A program made the position numbers and the translations under genes. The notes under the pieces are model-generated. The model had not been told where the DNA came from. It was given only the letters and a program-made list of their open reading frames with translations, and made no database searches. A DNA stretch of 60,202 nucleotides from Anaerolineae bacterium (GTDB taxonomy: Bacteria > Chloroflexota > Anaerolineae > UBA1429), in the NCBI GenBank assembly GCA_007132185.1, contig SLPC01000081.1, forward strand, positions 1 through 60,202. The letters run 5' to 3'. This document shows, one piece after another, positions 34,090 to 43,523 of the stretch (position 1 is the first letter of the stretch; each line of letters begins with the position of its first letter).

Positions 34090-35025
34090 TTACATCTCCA
34101 TGACGGTGCGATAGGCGCCCAGTTGGCGCTCGGCGGCCTCGGCATCCAGCTCGCCGTGCGACAGAGCCCGGCGCACCTGGCGGCTCTGATAGGCCAGCCC
34201 CCCTCGCACGATCAGCCGCACGAGGGCCTGGTAGGTGGCAGAGTAATGTTTGGCAAAGAGGCGAAAGCGGCTGCGCCAAAGGGCTATGAACATCCGCTCG
34301 CGGAACTGCCGCGTGCTCTGGCCCTCCAGATGGGTGATACGTGCCAGGGGCACGCAATAGATCCCCCAGCCCAGGCGCTTGGCGCGCATGCACCAATCGA
34401 TCTCTTCGCAATACATGAAATAACCCTCGTCCAGCGTCCCCACCTGTTCCAGCGTCGCTCGCCGAATCATCAGCGCTGCCCCCAGAGGATGGTCGATGAG
34501 GAACGGCTCCCCCGCCTCGTACAGGCCGCGAGGATAGCGCCCGTTGAGCCGCGAGTTGAGCAGACGATGATTGATGGGCCAAAAATCAAAAATCGCCATC
34601 CACAGGTTCGGAAAGCGAAAGGCGCCGTGCTGAAAGCTACCGTCTCCATAGGCCAACTGGGCGCCCACGGCACCGACTTCTGACCGCTGATCCAAAAAAG
34701 CCACCATGCGTGACAGCGCCTGAGCTTGCACCAGAGTGTCAGGATTAAGCAGCAGAATATGGCGGGGCACGGGCTCTCGCTCGGTGAGCCGGCCTAGCCC
34801 CAGGTTGGTCCCCCCCGCAAAGCCCAGATTCTCGTCGCTGCGAATCAGCGCGACCTGCGGGTAACGCGCCTCGATTTGGGCAACGCTATCGTCGGCCGAG
34901 GCGTTGTCCACCACGCATACTCGGGCATCCAGCGACTCTTGATCCAGCGCCGCATAGACCGACTCGAGGCAATCCAGAGTGAGCTGGCAGGTATTATAGC
35001 TGACGATCACGATGCCCAGATCCAT
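34090..35025 (-). CDS. glycosyltransferase family 2 (rhamnosyltransferase-like)
   Basis: MDLGIVIVSYNTCQLTLDCLESV...VVDNASADDS, and EEIDWCMRAKRLGW. Start set at ATG 35025. The track ORF extends to 35166. Confidence 0.85.
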   Translation of the reverse strand: MDLGIVIVSYNTCQLTLDCLESVYAALDQESLDARVCVVDNASADDSVAQIEARYPQVALIRSDENLGFAGGTNLGLGRLTEREPVPRHILLLNPDTLVQAQALSRMVAFLDQRSEVGAVGAQLAYGDGSFQHGAFRFPNLWMAIFDFWPINHRLLNSRLNGRYPRGLYEAGEPFLIDHPLGAALMIRRATLEQVGTLDEGYFMYCEEIDWCMRAKRLGWGIYCVPLARITHLEGQSTRQFRERMFIALWRSRFRLFAKHYSATYQALVRLIVRGGLAYQSRQVRRALSHGELDAEAAERQLGAYRTVMEM

Positions 35026-35036
35026 GGGCGGGCCGC

Positions 35037-36248
35037 CTAAAAGCCTATTGAGATCTGGGTTGGCTCGACCCGATCTTGCACGATCCAGACCTGCTCGTGG
35101 ATCAGCCCCAACCAATAGTAGGGCTCGGCCATCACGGGTTGATCGTCGATGCGCAGCCCTCCCCAAACAGTCACTGATTGACCCGGCATAAGGTACTTTT
35201 GCGGGCCAATGACGGTGTCAATCAGTGTGAGCTCGTCGTCCATGCCCAGCTGCCAGCGGAAGGGGTACATCCGACCGGCCGTATTGCCCTCATAATCGAG
35301 GCCGATACGAAACAGGCCCGGCTCCTCATACTGCTCGAGAGTGTTATAATTCTCGCTCGTGCTATAGATGGTCCCCGGCTCGGGCCCCTTGGTGCGGATG
35401 GGGACAGTGCCCACGTTCTTGACGGTGCAGGTGAAATACAGAGTATCACCCAGAGGCACCACCTGGGGATCGAATATGGCCGCGCGATGCACGATCTCGA
35501 CCAGGGGCAAGCCGCCACCCTCGATGGTCAGCGATCCACGAGCCTCGGCGCGGTTGCCCACGGCATCTTCCGCCACGACCACGACGGTATAATCGCCGTC
35601 GGGGGGCGGGGTCGCGCCCAGATCGATGCCACCATCATAGTCGTGCTCATGAGTTCCGGGCGCCCCCATCTCACGAATCTTGTCCTCCGGCACGGGGTGC
35701 TTGGCGCCATCGGGCCCCAGCAAAAAGACATCGACCCGGCGGGCCTCTTTGTTGAGGCTATAGCCAATCTTGACCCGATCGGCGATACCGTCGCGATTGG
35801 GCTGAAAGGTCTGCGGCCAGATGTTGAGGTTGTCGATGCGCATGGGCACCGGGTCGCCATCTGCCAGGGTGATGGCCTGGGTCACGCGCTCGCTGCGACC
35901 CCGGGCATCCACGGCCTCAAAAACCATGGTATAGTCGCCATCGGGCAGCAGGCTGCCATCTACCACGCCACCAAAATAGAGGGTACGTACGCCTCGGGAG
36001 CGGCGCTCGTTGACGCGCAGATCGTGACGCTGGCCACTCTCATCCTCAAGATAGATCGTGATCCAGGAGAGACGCGAGAGGGTGTATTGAACCTCGGCGA
36101 TATCATCCTGTCCATCGGCGTTGGGCTTGATGACGTCGGGACGAATCGTAACATCATAGAGCAGTCGTCGGCCGGAGCAACCATGCAAAGCCCCGCCCAA
36201 AAGGATGAGCAGGGCGCACAGGAGAAGCCAGGAACGGCGTACGGCCAA
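35037..36248 (-). CDS. lipoprotein with FlgD-Ig/Big-like repeats, function unknown
   Basis: TTG start after GGGAGG. Lipobox LHGC in MAVRRSWLLLCALLILLGGALHGCS. Repeated PNADGQDD and PNRDGIAD motifs. Confidence 0.65.
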   Translation of the reverse strand: MAVRRSWLLLCALLILLGGALHGCSGRRLLYDVTIRPDVIKPNADGQDDIAEVQYTLSRLSWITIYLEDESGQRHDLRVNERRSRGVRTLYFGGVVDGSLLPDGDYTMVFEAVDARGRSERVTQAITLADGDPVPMRIDNLNIWPQTFQPNRDGIADRVKIGYSLNKEARRVDVFLLGPDGAKHPVPEDKIREMGAPGTHEHDYDGGIDLGATPPPDGDYTVVVVAEDAVGNRAEARGSLTIEGGGLPLVEIVHRAAIFDPQVVPLGDTLYFTCTVKNVGTVPIRTKGPEPGTIYSTSENYNTLEQYEEPGLFRIGLDYEGNTAGRMYPFRWQLGMDDELTLIDTVIGPQKYLMPGQSVTVWGGLRIDDQPVMAEPYYWLGLIHEQVWIVQDRVEPTQISIGF

Positions 36249-36355
36249 GCAAACCTCCCATGAGGAGCAAGTTGGTCGGTCAACAGAATGGGCGCAGTGT
36301 AGCCCATAGGCAGAGCCTGGTCAAAAACTGACAGCGGTGGACGGAGGTACATCGA

Positions 36356-36385
36356 TTGGACAGCCATCACGCTTGTGCATATATT
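36356..36385 (+). promoter_or_regulatory. putative padR promoter
   Basis: TTGGAC (36356-36361), 18-nt spacer, TATATT (36380-36385). Confidence 0.35.
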
Positions 36386-36386
36386 A

Positions 36387-36403
36387 ATATCGATTGTCGA
36401 TAT
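36387..36403. promoter_or_regulatory. candidate PadR operator (7-3-7 perfect inverted repeat)
   Basis: ATATCGA-TTG-TCGATAT sits immediately downstream of the putative -10. ATCGATT occurs three times within 36351-36408. Confidence 0.45.
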
Positions 36404-36427
36404 CGATTTTCGCAATAGGGAGCGATT

Positions 36428-36772
36428 ATGGTCTGGCGGGCTCTCTTCCGAGGCTTTATCCAGGTGCATATCCTACACCATGCCAGAGAGCATCCGGTCT
36501 ATGGGTCGTGGCTGATTGACGAGCTGGCGCGCCACGGTTACACCCTGAGCCCGGGTACCCTCTATCCCATCCTGCATCGCATGGAAGAGGATGGCCTGCT
36601 CAGCAGCACCCATCAGGTGATAGACGGCAAGCGACGCCGCTACTATACGATTACCTCTGCCGGCGAGCAGGCCTTGAAGGAGGCCCGACGCCAAGCTATT
36701 GAGCTGGCCAAGGAGATCGTCCCCGCCCAAGATCTGGGGAACTGTGATACAGACACACAGGAGAAACAATAG
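36428..36772 (+). CDS. PadR family transcriptional regulator
   Basis: ILHHAREHPVYGSWLIDELARHGYTLSPGTLYPILHRMEEDGLLSS, a winged-helix PadR signature. Confidence 0.85.
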   Translation: MVWRALFRGFIQVHILHHAREHPVYGSWLIDELARHGYTLSPGTLYPILHRMEEDGLLSSTHQVIDGKRRRYYTITSAGEQALKEARRQAIELAKEIVPAQDLGNCDTDTQEKQ

Positions 36773-36777
36773 TAACT

Positions 36778-37995
36778 ATGAAAAGACGCGTGCTCTCGCC
36801 CTTTTTTCTTCTCTGCATCGTCGGGGGCCTGGCCATATTCTCTTCGACCATGGCCAAGAACCCCGCGCTGCCCCTCTTTATACGTAGCCTGGGCGTATCA
36901 CCGGGCACGGTAGGCTTTGTCGCCGCTGCCTCCACCGTGGTGGGCATTGTGATCAGCATCCCGGCGGGCATCCTCTCTGATGTCATCGGGCGACGCAAGG
37001 TGCTGCTGATCAGCCTGGTGGTGTTTGCCACGGCGCCCTTTCTCTACCTGCTGGTACGTGATGCCTGGCACTTGGTGCTAGTGCGCGTCTATCACGGACT
37101 GGCAACGGCCATACTGGGGCCGGTGGCCATGGCCACCGTTGCCGACCTCTATGATGCGCGGCGTGGCGAGCGCATGGCGTGGTACTCTTCGGCCACTATG
37201 GTCGGGCGATTCCTGGCGCCAACGGCGGGTGGTCTGTTGATCCTGGGCGAAAGCTTTCAGTGGGTCTACCTCGCCGTTGGTGTAGTGGGCGTGATGGCCC
37301 TGCTGGTGGCCCTGCAACTGCCCCGACTGAAGGATGCAACAGAGGTCTCCACAGAGGGGGCCAGCGCTCAGATGCTCCAGAGTTGGCAAGCGGTACGCCA
37401 GGATCTGGCCGTCCTTGTGCGCAACAGTCGGCTATTAGCCACGAGCCTGGTGGAGGCTACCCAGTACTTTAGCTTTGGGTTCGTCGAGGTCTACTTGCCC
37501 ATCTATCTGTTCGAGCAGGTAGGACTGGCTCCGTGGCAGATTGGTCCTCTCTTTACAGGGCAGATCATCGTGGCCGCTGTGGTCAAGCCTTTTAGCGGGC
37601 GGCTCTCTGATCGGGTGGGGCGCGTGCCCATGATCACCGCCGGGATGCTCGTATGTGCGACTTCGGTGTTCCTCATGCCCATCGCCAGTTCCTATGCGAT
37701 ACTGATGCTGGCAGTGGCGTTCTATGGTCTGGGGTTGGCCACGGTAACGGCCTCCACCTCGGCCTTTGCCGCCGATCTCGCCACAGCCACGACCCACGGC
37801 GCGGCCCTGGGCACCCTATCGAGCATCATGGACATTGGCCACTCCACAGGCCCGATGGTTGGTGGATTGCTGGTGGGTGCCCTGGGCTATCAGATAGCGT
37901 TTCACTATGTGGCTGCGGGCATCGCAGCGGTGGCGCTGCTGTACGCCTGGCGTGTAGGCGTGGCGCAAAGGGCGCCTGCTCGCTCTCAGGCCTAG
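36778..37995 (+). CDS. MFS transporter
   Basis: 405 aa with about 12 TM helices and an MFS loop motif (GILSDVIGRRKV). It starts 5 nt after padR. Confidence 0.85.
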   Translation: MKRRVLSPFFLLCIVGGLAIFSSTMAKNPALPLFIRSLGVSPGTVGFVAAASTVVGIVISIPAGILSDVIGRRKVLLISLVVFATAPFLYLLVRDAWHLVLVRVYHGLATAILGPVAMATVADLYDARRGERMAWYSSATMVGRFLAPTAGGLLILGESFQWVYLAVGVVGVMALLVALQLPRLKDATEVSTEGASAQMLQSWQAVRQDLAVLVRNSRLLATSLVEATQYFSFGFVEVYLPIYLFEQVGLAPWQIGPLFTGQIIVAAVVKPFSGRLSDRVGRVPMITAGMLVCATSVFLMPIASSYAILMLAVAFYGLGLATVTASTSAFAADLATATTHGAALGTLSSIMDIGHSTGPMVGGLLVGALGYQIAFHYVAAGIAAVALLYAWRVGVAQRAPARSQA

Positions 37996-38105
37996 ATCAC
38001 CCGGGGCCTGCTGTGACCCGACTATCTTGGGGCGAAATTGGTCCGGCCCCGCCTCTGGAGTACAATCGCGAGCGGTTCCTGTTCTGCATCCATCGGGGAG
38101 AGACC

Positions 38106-39467
38106 ATGCCCAGCTATCGCGAGACCTTGGAGTACATCCTATCGCGCACCGACTTTGAGCGCGACCGCGGCACACCCTATAATCAGCGCGACTGGCGGCT
38201 CACGCGCGTCGAGGAACTGTTGGCTCAGTTGGGCAAACCCCACCGCGCCTACCCGTCGGTGCATATCGCCGGCACCAAGGGCAAGGGCTCGACGACAGCC
38301 ATGGTGGACTCGATTCTGCGGGCAGCGGGCTATCGCGTCGGTATGTACACATCGCCCCACTTGCACACTTTTCGCGAGCGCATCCAGCTCCAGGGCAGGC
38401 CGATTCCAGAAGAGGACCTGGTGACACTGGTCGAGGAGATTCGACCCATCGTGGAGGCTCGCCCCAAGACGTCAGTCTTTGAGTTGATCACGGCGCTGGC
38501 CATGTGGCATTTCGCCCGCCAAGAGGTGGACTTGGCCGTGTTCGAGGTGGGGCTGGGCGGTCGCCTGGACGCCACCAACGTCCTTACGCCCCTCGTTTCG
38601 CTGATCACATCCATCAGCATCGACCACATTGGCGTGCTCGGCACTACGCTGGCGCAGATCGCACGGGAAAAGGCAGGGATCATCAAGCCGGACGTGCCGG
38701 TGGTGAGCTCGCCGCAGCGCCCGTCAGCCATGCGCGTGATCCGTGAGACGGCCGCCGCCCAGCAAGCACCGTTGACTATCGCCAAGCGTGACTGGCGCTG
38801 GCGCGATCTTGGGCCCACGAACAACAGCCAGCGCCTGGCGATCTATCGTGCCGGAAGCCATCGGTCGCCCGAGTATCCCGAGCTGTGGCTACCGCTGTTG
38901 GGCAAGTTCCAATTGGAGAATGCCTGCACAGCCGTGGCCGGCATCGAGGCACTGCGCGAGCAGGATATCGAGATTCCAAGAGAAGCAGTGCATGAGGGTC
39001 TGGCCCAAGTGTACTGGCCGGGGAGAATGCAAGTGCTATGTCGCGAGCCCTTGGTGGTAGCGGATGGCGCCCATAACGCCTATTCCGTGAGCCAGTTGAT
39101 CCAGTCGCTGCCCGCCTACCTGGAATATCAGCGCATTCGGCTGATCTTTGGGGCTGGGCAGACTCATCGCCCAGCATCCATGCTGGAGCTGCTTCTCCCA
39201 CAAGCGGCACATGCGTATGTCACAGCGGCCCGCCATCCCAAGTCGGCTTCGCCCGAGATGCTGCGAGACCTGGGGCAGGAGCTGGGCTATTCCGTCGAAA
39301 TCTGTGCCACCACCGAGGCAGCATTGCGCCTGGCTGTACGCGAGGCAGGGCCAGATGAGCTCATCCTTGTGACGGGATCGCTCTTTATCGTAGCCGAGGC
39401 CCTGTCTGCTTGGGAGGCCATGCAGGGGCGCAATCCCTTCCCCAGCGACCCCCCGGGCATCTACTAA
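38106..39467 (+). CDS. folC: bifunctional folylpolyglutamate synthase / dihydrofolate synthase
   Basis: MPSYRETLEYILSRTDFE...HIAGTKGKGSTTAM (Mur ligase P-loop). The track ORF 37653..39467 has a spurious 151-codon extension overlapping the MFS gene. Confidence 0.9.
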   Translation: MPSYRETLEYILSRTDFERDRGTPYNQRDWRLTRVEELLAQLGKPHRAYPSVHIAGTKGKGSTTAMVDSILRAAGYRVGMYTSPHLHTFRERIQLQGRPIPEEDLVTLVEEIRPIVEARPKTSVFELITALAMWHFARQEVDLAVFEVGLGGRLDATNVLTPLVSLITSISIDHIGVLGTTLAQIAREKAGIIKPDVPVVSSPQRPSAMRVIRETAAAQQAPLTIAKRDWRWRDLGPTNNSQRLAIYRAGSHRSPEYPELWLPLLGKFQLENACTAVAGIEALREQDIEIPREAVHEGLAQVYWPGRMQVLCREPLVVADGAHNAYSVSQLIQSLPAYLEYQRIRLIFGAGQTHRPASMLELLLPQAAHAYVTAARHPKSASPEMLRDLGQELGYSVEICATTEAALRLAVREAGPDELILVTGSLFIVAEALSAWEAMQGRNPFPSDPPGIY

Positions 39468-39477
39468 CGCGAACCCA

Positions 39478-39517
39478 GGCTATGGCCAAGCGCAGACTTA
39501 TTTGCTTGGCCATAGCC
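39478..39517. terminator. 14-bp perfect inverted repeat between convergent folC and trpB2 (no clear U tract)
   Basis: GGCTATGGCCAAGC (39478-39491) / GCTTGGCCATAGCC (39504-39517), with a 12-nt loop. Confidence 0.45.
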
Positions 39518-39534
39518 CATCACAGTGCCGTATC

Positions 39535-40893
39535 CTAGAAATCGACCTGGGGCAGATGCGTCAACGACTCCCGGATCTTTTCCTCAGGGTAGGCATAGTC
39601 TTCAAGATCGCCTGCCATATATGCATCATAGGACGACAGGTCCAGATAGCCGTGGCCACTCAGCTCGAACAGGATCACCCGCTCCTCTTGCTTTTCCTTG
39701 GCATCCAGCGCCTCATCGATGGCGGCACGGATGGCATGGGCTGATTCGGGCGCCGGGATGATGCCCTCGCTGCGGGCAAACTGTGCCGCCGCCTCAAACA
39801 CCGGGATCTGGTAATAGGCGATGGACTCGACCAGCTTGTGCTCGTGCAAGAGTGCCAGGATGGGCGCCACACCGTGGTAGCGGAGGCCACCAGCGTGGAT
39901 GCCAGCCGGCACAAAGTCGTGCCCGAGAGTGTTCATCTTGACCACTGGCGCCATCTTGGCCGTGTCACCATAGTCAAAGGCATAGGGCCCCTTGGTCAGG
40001 GTGGGGCAGGCCATGGGCTCGACACCCACCAGGCGCGTCTTGGTGCCATCCCGCAGATTGCGCTGCAGATAGGGCAGCGCAATCCCGGCAAAGTTCGAGC
40101 CGCCGCCGACGCAGCCGATCACGACGTCCGGCTCAAAGCCGGCTATCTCCATCTGTTTGATCGTTTCCTGGCCAATCACTGTCTGGTGCAGCAGCACATG
40201 GTTCAGCACGCTGCCCAACGAGTACTTGGTATCCTCATTGAGCATGGCCACTTCGACGGCCTCGCTGATAGCGATGCCGAGGCTTCCGGGCGAATCGGGA
40301 TCCTGTGCCAGGATGCTGCGGCCCGACTCGGTCTCTTCACTGGGGCTGGGCGTCACCTCACCACCAAAGATACGGATGATCGAGCGACGGCCCGGCTTTT
40401 GGTGATAGCTGACCTTGACCATGTACACTTTGCATTGCAGATCGAAAAAATTGCACGCCATGGCCAAGGCCGAGCCCCACTGGCCTGCGCCCGTTTCGGT
40501 AGAGAGTCGCTTGACACCTGCCTGCTTGTTATAGTAGGCCTGCGCCACGGCCGTATTGGGCTTGTGGCTGCCCACAGGGCTCGTGCCCTCATACTTGTAA
40601 AAGATCTTGGCTGGCGTACCAAGGGCCTTTTCCAGGCGCACGGCGCGCAACAAGGGTGTGGGACGCCAGAGCTGCAGGATATCGCGCACTTCGGCGGGGA
40701 TGTCGATGTAGCGATCCTGGCTCACCTCCTGCAGGATCAACTCCATGGGAAAGATGGGCGCCAGATCATCCGGCCCCACCGGCTGCAGGGTCTTTGGATG
40801 GAGCGTGGGCGGAAGCGGCTCTGGCAGATCGGGAATGACATTGTACCACTGGGTCGGCAGGTCGTTCTGGCTGAGTAGATACTGGCTCTCCAT
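39535..40893 (-). CDS. trpB2: TrpB-like PLP enzyme (tryptophan synthase beta chain 2)
   Basis: 452 aa. N-terminus [29 protein letters not shown] is characteristic of TrpB2, with a PLP-Lys region. SD AAAGGAGAGG. Confidence 0.9.
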   Translation of the reverse strand: MESQYLLSQNDLPTQWYNVIPDLPEPLPPTLHPKTLQPVGPDDLAPIFPMELILQEVSQDRYIDIPAEVRDILQLWRPTPLLRAVRLEKALGTPAKIFYKYEGTSPVGSHKPNTAVAQAYYNKQAGVKRLSTETGAGQWGSALAMACNFFDLQCKVYMVKVSYHQKPGRRSIIRIFGGEVTPSPSEETESGRSILAQDPDSPGSLGIAISEAVEVAMLNEDTKYSLGSVLNHVLLHQTVIGQETIKQMEIAGFEPDVVIGCVGGGSNFAGIALPYLQRNLRDGTKTRLVGVEPMACPTLTKGPYAFDYGDTAKMAPVVKMNTLGHDFVPAGIHAGGLRYHGVAPILALLHEHKLVESIAYYQIPVFEAAAQFARSEGIIPAPESAHAIRAAIDEALDAKEKQEERVILFELSGHGYLDLSSYDAYMAGDLEDYAYPEEKIRESLTHLPQVDF

Positions 40894-40984
40894 GGTTTCC
40901 TCTCCTTTGCGTGCCTACAGGATGAACATATTGAACGCCAAAATACAGGTCACGTATCGCTTTGCCGGAACTGCTATGAGAAGC

Positions 40985-41313
40985 AAAAAAAGGCCCCGTC
41001 CCCTGAGGGACGAGAGCCTTGCTCCCGCGGTACCACCCTACTTGGCCTGGCCCAGAAACGACAAAATCCGCCGTGATGGCGGATAACCTGTGCCAGCCCC
41101 ACTCTTGCAGATACAGGGCCCGATCTCGCATCGATCAGGTCCGATATCCTCTGCCCTGATAACGGTGGCGACTCCGGCTTTGTCTACTCGCCATGCTTTC
41201 GACAAAGCGACTCCCGGGCCCATTCCCTGTCTGCGCCGATGCCGGGCTCACACCTCTTCCCGGCTCTCTGTATCTCGCCTTGGCAGGTACTCTTCCCGAT
41301 CCAAGTCTTTACG
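40985..41313 (-). promoter_or_regulatory. T-box riboswitch leader, Trp specifier (UGG), with terminator/antiterminator
   Basis: Minus strand carries GGGAAGAGUA (GA/AGUA motif), CAGAGAG, GGUGUGAG, and a specifier GAA-UGG-G (plus 41220-41222). The T-box sequence AGGGUGGUACCGCGGGAG is at plus 41026-41038. The terminator stem is at 40992-41018, followed by U7. Confidence 0.85.
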
Positions 41314-41319
41314 TGAAAC

Positions 41320-41348
41320 ATTCTAATCCACAATCAACTGGCTGTCAA
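41320..41348 (-). promoter_or_regulatory. promoter of the T-box/trpB2 transcript
   Basis: Minus strand: TTGACA (plus 41343-41348), 17-nt spacer, TAGAAT (plus 41320-41325). Confidence 0.6.
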
Positions 41349-41460
41349 GCGCCGCACAAATCGTGCATCACTGCAGCACAGGCGCTCTGCCGCATGGGGA
41401 TGTCCGCGGGCATATGGGCGTAAAATGGGCGTTTGCTCTGGCGTCAGGGGCGCATAGCGG

Positions 41461-41489
41461 TTGTGCGGTTTCTCACCCCATGTTATACT
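41461..41489 (+). promoter_or_regulatory. putative promoter of the HEAT/membrane-protein operon
   Basis: TTGTGC (41461-41466), 17-nt spacer ending in TGT, TATACT (41484-41489). Followed directly by the 14-bp palindrome TGCACCGCGGTGCA (41489-41502). Confidence 0.45.
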
Positions 41490-41548
41490 GCACCGCGGTG
41501 CAGACTAGGGTTCTCCAATCGGTCTTCTTAGCCCAAGGATACTACTCA

Positions 41549-42457
41549 TTGAGCCAATCTACCCGTGAGCGCGAGTCGAGTTCTCAAAGAGATGCCTTGA
41601 CACGCTGTATCGAGATTCAAAGCTATGCCGGGTCCACCAATCGCGAGATCGCAAGCGCATTGATGGCCTCTCTCACCGATGACGACCCTCTGGTACGGTG
41701 GGAAGCTGCCCTTGCGCTGGCCAAGACGGCACAAAACTTGGAGAATCCCCAATTGGGCCGCGTGCTCCGTAGCAAAGGCGATGCGCCGCTCACATTGGAT
41801 GAGCTGTTGGCTTGGATACAAAGAGATCTTGGAGAGTCCGATATAGCCCGACGCGAGGCTATATCGGACGCCCTGGGACATTGGCCGCAGCAGGCCGCCG
41901 TGCAGCTTTTGCGCGAGGCTATGCATGATGAGGCCTCCGGTGTGCGGGCCAGTGCGGCCCGTTCGCTGGGGCGTCTGGGCGCCATGGAGGCAACCGATAG
42001 CCTATTGGCGATGCTGGAAGATCCGTCGCTCTGGGTTCGTAGGGCGGCCGCCGACGCGCTGGGTACCATCGGGGACACCCGGGCTGTGGGCCCATTGTCC
42101 AGCATGGCTGCTCAAGGTCCCATGCTGACGCGGGTGGCGGCCATCTCGGCCCTCGGGCAGTTGCCCTCTCGCGAGGCGCGCCAACAGTTGATCGAGTGCC
42201 TCTCGGATGAGTGCGGCGAGATTCGCTGGAACGGCGCCAGAGCCCTGGAACAGATCGGAACCGTCGCGGCGCTGCCCGGATTGGAACGCCTTTTGAGCGA
42301 TGATTATACCCTTTTCGATCAATCCATTCATCGTATCGCCCAGTCTACGATTCTAGCAATCCGGCAAAGAGAGCAGGGAGCATGGCACGCCATCAGACAC
42401 GCCATCTTTCGGCTGCTGGGTTGGGTTCGCCGCCGGCGCGCCACCTGGCATCCATAG
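41549..42457 (+). CDS. HEAT-repeat protein (PBS-lyase HEAT-like repeats)
   Basis: Repeats DDPLVRWEAALALAK, DEASGVRASAARSLGRLG, DPSLWVRRAAADALGTIGD and GEIRWNGARALEQIG. Start tentatively TTG 41549 after AAGGA. The track ORF begins at 41363, upstream of the predicted promoter. Confidence 0.65.
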   Translation: MSQSTRERESSSQRDALTRCIEIQSYAGSTNREIASALMASLTDDDPLVRWEAALALAKTAQNLENPQLGRVLRSKGDAPLTLDELLAWIQRDLGESDIARREAISDALGHWPQQAAVQLLREAMHDEASGVRASAARSLGRLGAMEATDSLLAMLEDPSLWVRRAAADALGTIGDTRAVGPLSSMAAQGPMLTRVAAISALGQLPSREARQQLIECLSDECGEIRWNGARALEQIGTVAALPGLERLLSDDYTLFDQSIHRIAQSTILAIRQREQGAWHAIRHAIFRLLGWVRRRRATWHP

Positions 42458-42753
42458 GCACAATAGCCAAGGCCCCTGTAACAGCAGCCGCTGGAAACGA
42501 GCCTTTGCTCGAGGGGCTGACTAGCGCACTACAGGCGCGCCGATTGACCATGCCTGCCCTCTTTGTGCTGGAGATGATCAAGCCCTGGCGCTTTGTCGCC
42601 AGCCAACTACTGCTCATGTCCCAACCCCTATGGGGTGGGTCCGGACGGCAAGCGGTGGACCGATACGCCGCTTGGCTGGACACGCCTGATGGCATCGAGA
42701 CTCTCCAAATGGCCCTGCAACAGGCACGCGCTAACGAGACGAAAAGCAGATAA
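42382..42753 (+). CDS. small hypothetical protein (start uncertain; likely 42505-42550)
   Basis: The ORF overlaps the HEAT gene end by 76 nt. An internal ATG at 42550 gives MPALFVLEMIKPWRFVASQLLLMSQPLWGG. Its stop overlaps the next start (TAATG). Confidence 0.45.
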   Translation: MARHQTRHLSAAGLGSPPARHLASIGTIAKAPVTAAAGNEPLLEGLTSALQARRLTMPALFVLEMIKPWRFVASQLLLMSQPLWGGSGRQAVDRYAAWLDTPDGIETLQMALQQARANETKSR

Positions 42754-43520
42754 TGCCAGTACAACAGTTCGTGTTGACCTATCCGGTTGAGGCAGCCCTG
42801 ACTCTTTTGGGGCTCTTTATCTTCTTGTTCGTTCTGTTCAACCTGCTGAAACGGCCTGACAGCTCGTTCCTGCTGCGCCCGATTCCCGCTTATGAGCGTC
42901 TCCGAAACCTTACCGTGCAAAGCATCGAGACGGGCCAGCCGATGCACGTAAGCATGGGAAGCGGCGAGTGGAGTCAGGCCACGCCCGAGTTGGTGGCCGG
43001 GCTCATCGCCCTGGACTATGTGGGGCGGGAGGCGACGCGGGCCGATGAGGCCCTCTGCGCCACCATGGGCAACCCCGTCACCCTGCTGTTGGCTATGAAT
43101 GTTCTGCAGCTCAACTTTGTCCGCGCGGGCGCCTACACAGGTCCTGCCGGCAACGAGCTCTATTTCTACGGCCCTGATCGCTTGGCCTATGCGGGCGGCA
43201 GCGCGCATCAGGCGTATCGCCGCCCGCGAGAGGCCCACGCCCTCGTAGGAAACTTTGGTGATGACGGCCTGTGGTTGGCCGAAGCGCTACAGCCCGGTGG
43301 AGCGCCGGTTCTCGGCGGAACGAGCGACCCGGCCACCGCGGCCTTGATGCATCTTTCGGTGGACGAGTCGATTATCGGCGAGGACCTGTTTGCCGCGGGC
43401 GCCTATCTGCACCGCCCGCGCCATCTAGGCAGCCTGGCTGCTCAGGACGTGATGCGCTTCCTGGTTGCGCTGGCCATAATCGCAGGGGCTATTCTGGCCT
43501 CGTTGGGTGTCGGGGGATAG
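42753..43520 (+). CDS. membrane protein, unknown function
   Basis: 255 aa with N- and C-terminal TM helices. Start is coupled to the upstream stop (TAATG). Confidence 0.65.
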   Translation: MPVQQFVLTYPVEAALTLLGLFIFLFVLFNLLKRPDSSFLLRPIPAYERLRNLTVQSIETGQPMHVSMGSGEWSQATPELVAGLIALDYVGREATRADEALCATMGNPVTLLLAMNVLQLNFVRAGAYTGPAGNELYFYGPDRLAYAGGSAHQAYRRPREAHALVGNFGDDGLWLAEALQPGGAPVLGGTSDPATAALMHLSVDESIIGEDLFAAGAYLHRPRHLGSLAAQDVMRFLVALAIIAGAILASLGVGG

Positions 43521-43523
43521 TCG

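Noticed and set aside
37653-38105. 151-codon N-terminal extension of the folC ORF
   Set aside because: It overlaps the MFS transporter gene in another frame. The FolC homology (MPSYRETLEYIL...) begins at ATG 38106.
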